A DNA stretch of 36,676 bases, taken from an uncultured Clostridia bacterium (lineage in GTDB: Bacteria; Acidobacteriota; Aminicenantia; JBFLYD01; JBBIMS01). The DNA lies in the NCBI GenBank assembly GCA_964517525.1, contig CAZFCI010000034.1:1-36676 (forward strand). The letters run 5' to 3'. Numbering within the stretch: position 1 is the first letter of the stretch; every line of letters begins with the position of its first letter. This document shows positions 9,654-17,080 of this stretch, one piece after another. The notes under the pieces were generated by a model. It made no database searches and was not told where the DNA came from. It worked only from the letters and a program-made list of their open reading frames with translations. A program made the position numbers and the translations under genes.

Positions 9654-10565
9654 ATGAAAGATCTTCTTACAATTGGAGAATTAAAAAAAGAAGAGGTAAG
9701 GGAAATTCTTTCTCTTACAATGGAAATAAAGAAAAACAAGGGAAAATACAGGAATGCATTGAAAGACAAAATCCTTGCAATGGTATTTGAAAAGCCATCT
9801 TTGAGAACCCGCATGACTTTTGAAGTTGGAATGCTTGAAATGGGAGGAAAAGCTATATATCTCGGACCATCAGAGATTCAACTTGGTAAAAGGGAGTCGA
9901 TAGCAGATGTTGCACGGAACCTTGAAAGATGGGTTGATGGAATAATGATAAGAACCTTTGGGCATGATAATGTTGAAAAGATGGCAGAATGGGCAAAACC
10001 TCCTGTAATAAATGGACTCTCTGACCTCCACCACCCCTGTCAGGCTCTTGCAGACTACTTCACACTCCTTGAAAAATTTGGAAAATTAGAGGGTTTAAAA
10101 CTTGCCTATGTAGGTGATGGAAATAATGTCTGCCATTCTTTGATAGAAGGAGCTTCTAAATTAGGGGTTCATATCTCTATTGCAACTCCTGAAGGATATG
10201 AGCCAAAAAGAGAGATAGTTAAGATGGCAATGAAGGAAGCAAATTCAAAGATAGAAATTCTGAGAGATCCTGTGGAGGCAGTAAAAGATGCTGATGCAGT
10301 CTATACAGATACATGGACATCAATGGGACAGGAGCACGAAAAAGAGATAAGAGTTAAGATTTTCAAGCCATTTCAGGTTAATAAAAGTCTAATGGAGAAA
10401 ACGGGCAAAAAAACTTATTTCATGCACTGTCTCCCTGCTCACAGGGGCGAAGAGGTTACAGATGAAGTAATTGATTCTGAATATTCCCTTGTATTTGATG
10501 AGGCTGAAAATCGCCTTCATGTCCAGAAGGCAATAATGTATATTTTAATGGGAGGTAAAGTCTAA
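9654..10565 (+). CDS. argF: Ornithine carbamoyltransferase (probably catabolic, given the adjacent carbamate kinase)
   Basis: Carbamoyl-phosphate site FEKPSLRTR; HPCQALAD; ornithine-side motifs DTWTSMGQE and FMHCLPAHRGEEV. 303 aa. Confidence 0.9.
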   Translation: MKDLLTIGELKKEEVREILSLTMEIKKNKGKYRNALKDKILAMVFEKPSLRTRMTFEVGMLEMGGKAIYLGPSEIQLGKRESIADVARNLERWVDGIMIRTFGHDNVEKMAEWAKPPVINGLSDLHHPCQALADYFTLLEKFGKLEGLKLAYVGDGNNVCHSLIEGASKLGVHISIATPEGYEPKREIVKMAMKEANSKIEILRDPVEAVKDADAVYTDTWTSMGQEHEKEIRVKIFKPFQVNKSLMEKTGKKTYFMHCLPAHRGEEVTDEVIDSEYSLVFDEAENRLHVQKAIMYILMGGKV

Positions 10566-10567
10566 AA

Positions 10568-12604
10568 GTGCAACCAAAGAAAATTTTTATTGATGAAAAG
10601 GATGTTGAGTGGATTAAAAATCTGATAAAGGAGCGCCGCTCACCCATTACCCTTGAGGAGATTTCCACTCAGCTTGCAAAGAAAAAATCTGCTCTCACTC
10701 AGGGGAAAAAGGTAAAGATTTTTAATCCTGAACTTGACTATGAGGTGGGAGATTTGATTTACAAATATTACGATGAAGATCTTAAATTTTCCAGAGAAAA
10801 AGTTGAGCATTTCAAAGGAGGGGTTGTTTTAAGGGTTATAGGAAAAGAAAAAAGACCTGAAGGTTTTTCAATCCTTCGTGTCACCTACGACGGAACAGGC
10901 TTATTCAAACAGTATATAGATTTCCTTGAAAGAACCTCTTCCCATCTTTTAATTCCCTGTGGATTTTCAGGAAAGAGTGAGCCAGTAGAATATTTGGAAG
11001 ATGAGGAACTCCTTATGGACGCCCCCCTTGACCAAAATTATGTGAAAAAATTATCAAAGATAATTGAGGAAGCTTTAAAAAAATCTGAAGAATTCATTCA
11101 TTGGAACTCTTATTTTTACCTGAGAGAACTCCTTGAAAATGTAGAAGATGCAGGAAGGAAAGTAGAAGAGTATCTTAAAGAAAAGGGGGATTTTGAAAAC
11201 ACATACAATCTTGTCGAACAATTATACTCTGTTAAATTCACTGATGAAAGATTTTATTCCTGGTGTATTTCTCTTAACTGTGCTCTTGAGACAAAGGGTA
11301 AAAGTAAGATTGTAAAAATATCCAACCATGACTGGGGAAAGTGGGGGCTAAGAAGCTTTTTTGCATCCTTGAAAGAAAATCTACCAATTGCTGAGAAACC
11401 AATTAAAATAGGACATCTTAGAAGAAACAGGAAGGATGTTATAAGGATGATATGGAACTTCTATACAGAGGAAAGGAAAGAAAAAGCTCAACATTTAAGA
11501 TTTTACCTCACTTGGAGAGAAATTTTTTCGGGAGCTTTAAGAATCCCAAGGGAATTCCAGGGCATTTTCGGAGAGGAGAGGGAAATAATTTTAACAGACC
11601 CTGAGAAGAAGAAAAATTATAATGCATTTTATTATCCCGAAGATGGTTTTATTGTTGGCCTTGATGAAATTTATCAATTGAACAATCCAATTCAAGGTTC
11701 TCTCTTCTTTCTTCAAAAAGAAGATTTCAACAAATATGTTTTTTCCTTCAGAAAGGCGAAAAAGGTAATAACTGCCTTTAAATGTGAATACGATAGGGAG
11801 CAAAGAAAGATAATTTTCACAGGACAACCAGTTGAAACCCATACAGAAGTGAACAAAGCAATTCTAATCTCAAAGGATGAACTTTCAAAAATAACATCTT
11901 TATGGGAAGAGGGGACAAAAACTGAAAATCTAAATGACCTACTTCATTTTGTATTTATGAACTTTGGAAGTCCTAATGAAAATTATAAAATTTATATTTT
12001 GAAAGCTTACCACATTGCAGACATGTTCAAAAATGTAAAAAAGGATGATTTTGAAACTGTTCTTTTTGGTAATCCAGAATTCTTCCCATCTGAAGAGGAA
12101 AAGGGATACTTCTATCTTGACCTGACAAAGATTGGAATGGAAGAAGTTGAAGAAGAGGTGGAACTTCCTAAAGAGGAAATTGAAATTGTTGAGGAAGAAT
12201 TTATTGAAGAGACAGAGGAACCAGCTGAGCAGTTTATTCCATTAGAGGAGCCTAAAGAAGAGCCTGAAATAAGAGAAGAGGAGAAATTTGAGTTTAAAGA
12301 AGAAGAGGTCTCTCCTTCTCAACCAGAGCTTGAAATCTACAGAAAGTTCAAAGAAGAGCTTAAAAAGACTAAGGTAAAAGGGAAGAAGGGTGGGAGGAAG
12401 ATAATAGAGGAAAGGATAAGGTTGGAAGAGAGTGAAAAGGAAGCTGAAATTTACATAAAAGAGAGTATTGAGGAAAAAGAAAGCGAAAAAAGCGAAGAAA
12501 AAGAGGAAGTTACAAAACCCTCTGTTAAAGAAACCCCAAAAATCGGAATCTTAGGAGCAAAGCTTTCAAAGGTTCTTTCAGGGAAAAAGGAGGATAAAAA
12601 ATAA
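10568..12604 (+). CDS. Hypothetical 678-aa protein with a highly acidic, Glu/Lys-rich C-terminal third
   Basis: Long uninterrupted ORF. GTG start 2 nt after the argF stop, with GGAGGT about 10 nt upstream. No domain recognised. The C-terminal ~150 aa is EEVEEEVELPKEEIEIVEEEF...-type low complexity. Confidence 0.7.
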   Translation: MQPKKIFIDEKDVEWIKNLIKERRSPITLEEISTQLAKKKSALTQGKKVKIFNPELDYEVGDLIYKYYDEDLKFSREKVEHFKGGVVLRVIGKEKRPEGFSILRVTYDGTGLFKQYIDFLERTSSHLLIPCGFSGKSEPVEYLEDEELLMDAPLDQNYVKKLSKIIEEALKKSEEFIHWNSYFYLRELLENVEDAGRKVEEYLKEKGDFENTYNLVEQLYSVKFTDERFYSWCISLNCALETKGKSKIVKISNHDWGKWGLRSFFASLKENLPIAEKPIKIGHLRRNRKDVIRMIWNFYTEERKEKAQHLRFYLTWREIFSGALRIPREFQGIFGEEREIILTDPEKKKNYNAFYYPEDGFIVGLDEIYQLNNPIQGSLFFLQKEDFNKYVFSFRKAKKVITAFKCEYDREQRKIIFTGQPVETHTEVNKAILISKDELSKITSLWEEGTKTENLNDLLHFVFMNFGSPNENYKIYILKAYHIADMFKNVKKDDFETVLFGNPEFFPSEEEKGYFYLDLTKIGMEEVEEEVELPKEEIEIVEEEFIEETEEPAEQFIPLEEPKEEPEIREEEKFEFKEEEVSPSQPELEIYRKFKEELKKTKVKGKKGGRKIIEERIRLEESEKEAEIYIKESIEEKESEKSEEKEEVTKPSVKETPKIGILGAKLSKVLSGKKEDKK

Positions 12605-12862
12605 ATGGTAGATAAAAAAATTATAAAAATTGAGTGCCCTGTTTGCGGTTCAATAATTTGGTTTGATAAGGATGCAGAAATAATAGTTAAACATGAAAAA
12701 GTTGAAAAGAAAAAGGCACACTCCCTCGAAGAATTGTTAGAGAAGGAAAAGAGGAAAGCTGAAGAGTTCGAAAAGAAATTCGAATCTGTAGCAGAGCTAC
12801 AGAAGGAAAAGAAGAAGGAAATTGAGGAGAAGTTCAAGAAAAAAATAAAAGAAGTTGAGTGA
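12605..12862 (+). CDS. Hypothetical 85-aa protein: single CPxCG zinc-knuckle-like N-terminus plus a charged Glu/Lys helical tail
   Basis: The ATG immediately follows the TAA of the upstream ORF (TAAATG). Sequence begins IECPVCGSIIWFDKD, then continues EELLEKEKRKAEEFEKKFE... Confidence 0.55.
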   Translation: MVDKKIIKIECPVCGSIIWFDKDAEIIVKHEKVEKKKAHSLEELLEKEKRKAEEFEKKFESVAELQKEKKKEIEEKFKKKIKEVE

Positions 12863-12937
12863 TTAAGGGATAAAAGACTTCTCCGCATTCAGAGTAATCT
12901 ATACAAGTCTTAAATGGTAAGTTTTTACAAAATATAA

Positions 12938-12958
12938 CCTCTCCCCTTATGGGAGAGG
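12938..12958. terminator. GC-rich hairpin (CCTCTCCC-CTTAT-GGGAGAGG); possible terminator, T-rich flank only on the minus-strand reading
   Basis: An 8-bp perfect stem with a 5-nt loop, 75 nt after the 12862 stop. On the plus strand it is followed by G-rich sequence, not a U-tract. On the minus strand it is followed by TTATATTTTGT. Confidence 0.3.
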
Positions 12959-13077
12959 GTAAGGGTGGGGGAGTAATGAATTAAAGAAGCAATAACTTGG
13001 GAAAAACTAAACTTTCACTTCAACACTTGAAAAATTTTTTTTCTTAAGTTATTTTAAGGAGAAAGGAGAGTTGGTAT

Positions 13078-15240
13078 ATGTCTTTTAAAGAGGGTATAAA
13101 ATATTTAAAAATAAGAAATTTAACTTTTTACTCCTTATTCCTTCTCATAAACTTAATATTAGCTTACGCCATTTTTAATTCTTTCCTTAAATTTTTCTCT
13201 TCTAAGACATCCTTCGAGTACACATATATTAGAGATCGCTGTAGAAATCTTTATGTTGCGGACATGGAAAATGATGGAAACCAAGATGTTGTCGCAATTT
13301 ACTCAGAGGAGCCTTACTCTCACAGGAATGTTTTCGGGATTTTCTCTCCCTTCTCTCCCTCAGCTCTCCTCAGAGTTAAATACTTCACTGAAAACCTTCT
13401 TTACCCTGAGGATATTGTGTTATCACCTGAAGATATAGATGGTGATGGAAGGATAGAAATTCCTATTCTTAAAAGAAAAAATGATGGAATTGTTTTAAAA
13501 CTTTTGGATTTAAAAGGGAATCATAAAAGCTCCATCAGTTTTGAAAATCCCCTAAAGGAAGGGCAATTCTTTACAAACGATTTGTTTTTTGACGACCTTG
13601 AAAATGATGGGAAGAAGGAAATAATCCTTCTTATTGAAAGTGCATGGAGTGCTCTTCCAAGGGGAGTCCTTGCCATCAGTCCTTCTTCTGGCAAGGTTTT
13701 ATGGAAATATTATATGGGATGTTCTCCAGTTTCAATAAAGGCAGTAGATATTGAGAGAGATGGAAAAAAGGAAATTATAGTCAGTGGAAGAGGAACCCAC
13801 AACGGTGTTTTTGCCAATGAGACAGATGATGAACACAGTTATATCATTGTTCTAAATTACGAAGGAGAAAGGGTGTGGTTAAAAGAACTTGGAGGATATT
13901 ACACATCCCTATTTTTTGACATTTCTGACATAAACGATGATTTTGAGCCTGAAATTGTTGTCTCAAAGAGTTGTTACAGGACTTTTGAAACTGAGCCAGG
14001 AGAGATAATGATTATAAACTCTAAAAATGGAGAAATTCAGAAACGCCTTTCTAAGTCTGGAATCTCATTTTCAAACATTTACAACTTTGATGAAGAAAGG
14101 AAATATTTTGTGGTCGGGGATTCATCTGGAGAAGTTTCAATTTTTGACAAAAATCTGAGCAAGATTAAAAGCGTAGTTCTTGAGTATCCATCAATAGTAA
14201 GAGGAATAGGGAAAATGGGAGGGGATAACAAAGAGAATTACATCTTTGTCCAGTCCGGGTTTACAAATTTTAGCATTTTAAACTCAAATTTTAAAAGAAT
14301 TCATAAATTCAGCTTTAAAGATTTTGACAAGATAGATTGGGTAAGATTTTATCCAATTAAAAGCAAGGATGAGTTTGCAGGTATTCTAAACGCTGACAAT
14401 CTATATTTAATAAAGAAGAAACCCTACAATTTTCTAACGGCTTTTGTAGGTTTTTTTAGCTCTTCCCTTGCCATCTATTTATTTATATTTGCTCTTTTTA
14501 ATTATTCTATCCTGAACCTTAGGAGAAGAGTTCAAACAAAGTCCCATGAAATCACTGAAGAGTCAATTGAAACAGCCCAAGAAATAGCCCACAGTATGAA
14601 GAATCCAATGTTTACAATACAGCTTGAGGCAGAAAAAATAGCAAAATTCGCCAAAGATAAAGAGCCTGAAAATAGCAATATATCAATAGCGGTAAAATCA
14701 ATTCTTGAAGATGTAAGAACTTTGAAAGAATTGATTCGGGTATTCATGAAGATTCTTGTTCCAAAACCACTAAATCTTAAAAATACAGATTTAAATCTTT
14801 TATTACAAAAAATAGCCGGAAAATATTCAGAGATTTTAAAGGGAAAAGTTAAATTTACCCTTGATCTGGAAAATGAGCCTGCTTTTATGCTTATCGATGA
14901 GGAACAAATGGAAGAAGCTCTCACAAATTTAATCTTGAACTCAATTGAAGCCCTTCCCGATGGTGGACAAGTAAAGGTAAGCTCGACGATTGTTTACTCT
15001 CCAATTTTAAGAAATAAAAAAGGGATTGAGATTGAAATTGAAGATAATGGTGTCGGAATATCAAAGGATAAAATAAGTGAAATATTCAAACCCTATTACA
15101 CAACAAAGAGGGAAGGGTATGGAATAGGGCTAACCATGACAAAAAGAATAATTGAAGCCCATGGAGGTAAAATCGATGTCTACAGCAAAGAGGGAGTTGG
15201 CACAAGATTTGCTATATTTCTACCCTGGAAAGGTGAATGA
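13078..15240 (+). CDS. Sensor histidine kinase with a large extracytoplasmic FG-GAP/VCBS-like beta-propeller sensor
   Basis: TM1 is near residues 17-38. Repeated DxxxDG..E(I/V) blades follow: DMENDGNQDVV, DIDGDGRIEI, DLENDGKKEII, DIERDGKKEII, DINDDFEPEIV. TM2 lies near nt 14430-14520. H-box is IAHSMKNPM (His codon at 14590). N box NLILNSIEA, G1 EDNGVGI, G2 GYGIGL. Confidence 0.88.
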   Translation: MSFKEGIKYLKIRNLTFYSLFLLINLILAYAIFNSFLKFFSSKTSFEYTYIRDRCRNLYVADMENDGNQDVVAIYSEEPYSHRNVFGIFSPFSPSALLRVKYFTENLLYPEDIVLSPEDIDGDGRIEIPILKRKNDGIVLKLLDLKGNHKSSISFENPLKEGQFFTNDLFFDDLENDGKKEIILLIESAWSALPRGVLAISPSSGKVLWKYYMGCSPVSIKAVDIERDGKKEIIVSGRGTHNGVFANETDDEHSYIIVLNYEGERVWLKELGGYYTSLFFDISDINDDFEPEIVVSKSCYRTFETEPGEIMIINSKNGEIQKRLSKSGISFSNIYNFDEERKYFVVGDSSGEVSIFDKNLSKIKSVVLEYPSIVRGIGKMGGDNKENYIFVQSGFTNFSILNSNFKRIHKFSFKDFDKIDWVRFYPIKSKDEFAGILNADNLYLIKKKPYNFLTAFVGFFSSSLAIYLFIFALFNYSILNLRRRVQTKSHEITEESIETAQEIAHSMKNPMFTIQLEAEKIAKFAKDKEPENSNISIAVKSILEDVRTLKELIRVFMKILVPKPLNLKNTDLNLLLQKIAGKYSEILKGKVKFTLDLENEPAFMLIDEEQMEEALTNLILNSIEALPDGGQVKVSSTIVYSPILRNKKGIEIEIEDNGVGISKDKISEIFKPYYTTKREGYGIGLTMTKRIIEAHGGKIDVYSKEGVGTRFAIFLPWKGE

Positions 15241-16604
15241 AGAGAAGAGAAAAAATTTTAATTGTTGATGACGATATTAAAATCCTTGCCTCTCTGTCCA
15301 GTGTCCTTGAAAATTACGGCTTCAACACAATAACTACAAAGGATGGCTTTGAAGCAATTCAAATTGTAGAAAAGGATGATATTGACCTTGTAATTCTTGA
15401 TCTTGTAATGCCATCAATTGATGGAATATCACTTTTAAGGAAAATTCTTGAGGAGAAACCTTCTCTTCCCGTAATAATGCTTTCAGGGCATGGAACAATT
15501 CCAAAGGCAGTAGAAGCAACAAAAATAGGAGCTTTTGATTTTCTTGAGAAACCAGTGGAAACAGAAAAAATAATAATTACCATTGATAATGCTCTCTCCA
15601 AATCCCGTCTTGAAAGGGAAAAACAAACATTAGTTCAGGATGCCCTCGAGAGATACAAAATGATTGGTGTCTCAAAAGCAATGCAAGAAATTTTTAACAC
15701 AATAGAAAGAGTAGCTTCTGATGATTCAAAGGTTTTGCTCATAGGTGAAAGTGGAACAGGAAAAGAGCTTATTGCAAGAGCGATTCATTTAAGAAGCAAT
15801 AGAGCAGGGGGACCATTTCAAGTTGTAAATTGTGCTGCGATACCTGAAGAACTTATTGAATCTGAACTTTTTGGACATGAGAAGGGAGCATTCACTGGTG
15901 CCATAGAAAGGAAAATTGGAAAGTTTGAACTTGCCAACAAAGGAACCCTCTTCCTTGATGAGATAGGAGATATGAGTTTGAGACTTCAAGCAAAGGTTTT
16001 GAGAGCCATTGAAAATGAAGAGATTGAAAGGGTTGGAGGAAAGGAAAGAATAAAAGTAGACACGAGAATAATATGCGCCTCCAACAAAGATCTGAGGGAG
16101 GCAGTGAAAAAAGGAGCTTTTAGAGATGACCTTTACTATCGTATCAATGTTATAACCATTTATGTCCCACCCTTAAGGGAAAGGAAAGAAGATATATCTC
16201 CTCTGATCGATTATTATACAAAAATCTTTTGTGAGGAGAGGAAGAGACCTCCCATAAAGTTCCATCCTTCAGCAATGAGTATTCTTCTTGAATATCCATG
16301 GTATGGGAATGTAAGGGAGCTAAGAAATCTTGTTGAAAAAGTTGTTGTTCTCTCAAAATCAGATATTGTAACAAGGGAAGATATAGAGAAATATCTCAAG
16401 GAATCAAAAATCGAGGAGAGTGTTGTGCAGGAAGAATATTACAAAAGCCTTGAAGATGCAAGGGAAAAAGCAGAAAGAGAACTAATATTGACAAAGCTGA
16501 TTTTAAACTCCTGGGATTATGAGAAGACTGCTGAAGAGCTTGGTATCTCCCGCGCCACCCTTTTCAATAAAATGAAAAAATACGGAATAAAAAGGGGAAA
16601 ATAA
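15237..16604 (+). CDS. Sigma-54-dependent response regulator (REC + AAA+ enhancer-binding + Fis-type HTH; NtrC family)
   Basis: REC domain with LVILDLVMP. Walker A GESGTGKE; sigma-54 contact loop GAFTGA; Walker B LFLDEIG; [11 protein letters not shown]-terminal [28 protein letters not shown] overlap with the kinase gene. Confidence 0.93.
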   Translation: MKRREKILIVDDDIKILASLSSVLENYGFNTITTKDGFEAIQIVEKDDIDLVILDLVMPSIDGISLLRKILEEKPSLPVIMLSGHGTIPKAVEATKIGAFDFLEKPVETEKIIITIDNALSKSRLEREKQTLVQDALERYKMIGVSKAMQEIFNTIERVASDDSKVLLIGESGTGKELIARAIHLRSNRAGGPFQVVNCAAIPEELIESELFGHEKGAFTGAIERKIGKFELANKGTLFLDEIGDMSLRLQAKVLRAIENEEIERVGGKERIKVDTRIICASNKDLREAVKKGAFRDDLYYRINVITIYVPPLRERKEDISPLIDYYTKIFCEERKRPPIKFHPSAMSILLEYPWYGNVRELRNLVEKVVVLSKSDIVTREDIEKYLKESKIEESVVQEEYYKSLEDAREKAERELILTKLILNSWDYEKTAEELGISRATLFNKMKKYGIKRGK

Positions 16605-16721
16605 CCCAATTATCAAAAGCAAAGCTAAAATGAATAAGGCATGAAAAGTAAATAAGCTATAAAAAAACAGAAGATTACCCTTTTCTATTAAAAAATCCCC
16701 TTCAACAAATGTTCCATTAAA

Positions 16722-16739
16722 AGTCTAAATTTTTAGACT
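16722..16739. promoter_or_regulatory. Palindrome copy 1: AGTCTAAA-TT-TTTAGACT (perfect 8-bp arms)
   Basis: Read directly from the sequence. One of three related sites downstream of the sigma-54 activator gene. Confidence 0.5.
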
Positions 16740-16754
16740 CTCCCCACTAAAATC

Positions 16755-16772
16755 AGTCTAATTTTTTAGATT
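16755..16772. promoter_or_regulatory. Palindrome copy 2: AGTCTAAT-TT-TTTAGATT (degenerate, 2 arm mismatches)
   Basis: Read directly. Its centre is 33 bp from copy 1. The left flank CTAAAAT(T)CAGTCTAA is shared with copy 3. Confidence 0.4.
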
Positions 16773-16833
16773 CATCAAGAATCAAAGAATATTAAGCTCA
16801 ATTTTAAGATTTTCTCATAATTTCCTAAAATTC

Positions 16834-16851
16834 AGTCTAAACTTTTAGACT
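16834..16851. promoter_or_regulatory. Palindrome copy 3: AGTCTAAA-CT-TTTAGACT (perfect 8-bp arms)
   Basis: Read directly. Its centre is 79 bp from copy 2 and about 59 bp upstream of the GG of the -24-like element. Confidence 0.5.
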
Positions 16852-16899
16852 TATTCAGATTAAAAAACCAAAATACCTCTATTTTAAAGCCCTTATAAA

Positions 16900-16915
16900 T
16901 GGCATATTTTTTGAT
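16900..16915 (+). promoter_or_regulatory. Candidate sigma-54 promoter, TGGCAT-ATTTT-TTGAT (-24 GG correct; -12 is GA instead of GC)
   Basis: The spacing matches the consensus TGGCAC-N5-TTGCW. The conserved C of the -12 GC is replaced by A. It sits downstream of the three palindromes and of an EBP gene. Confidence 0.3.
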
Positions 16916-17041
16916 ACAGTTTGTAATGTCATGAAGATGAAAATTACAATAATTGAAAATCCATTTTACTGTTTCCAATAAACATAAAGAATAATTATTA
17001 AGAAGAAGAGGAAAATTGTGGGGAGGTGCCTTTTTTAGTAA

Positions 17042-17071
17042 TTGACTCTTCTTGTTTCTTATGAATATAAT
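17042..17071 (+). promoter_or_regulatory. Candidate sigma-70 promoter TTGACT-18-TATAAT immediately upstream of ftsY
   Basis: The -35 is at 17042-17047 and the -10 at 17066-17071. The ftsY ATG at 17081 is 9 nt after the -10 and has no SD. Confidence 0.4.
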
Positions 17072-17080
17072 AGTTTTTCA

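Noticed and set aside
12451-12888. 145-aa minus-strand ORF rich in Ser/Phe
   Set aside because: It is the complement of the GAA/AAG-rich (Glu/Lys) coding repeats at the end of the 678-aa and 85-aa genes. The open frame is a compositional artefact.
12905-12930. AGTCTTAAATGGTAAGTTTT upstream of the kinase gene, as a fourth copy of the AGTCTAAA palindrome (autoregulation site)
   Set aside because: It matches only one half-site approximately, and the second arm is not complementary.
16722-16851. Possibility that the three repeats form a mini CRISPR array or MITE
   Set aside because: There are only three copies, with unequal spacing (33 and 79 bp). Each is an internal palindrome of 18 bp. There are no cas genes, no terminal inverted repeats and no target-site duplication. 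Regulator binding sites fit better.
16605-17080. SRP RNA (ffs), other structured housekeeping RNA, or an FMN riboswitch near ftsY/ribD
   Set aside because: The region is very AT-rich and lacks the GC-rich domain IV helix and GGAA/AGCA motifs of SRP RNA. ribD begins 7 nt after ftsY, leaving no room for a riboswitch.
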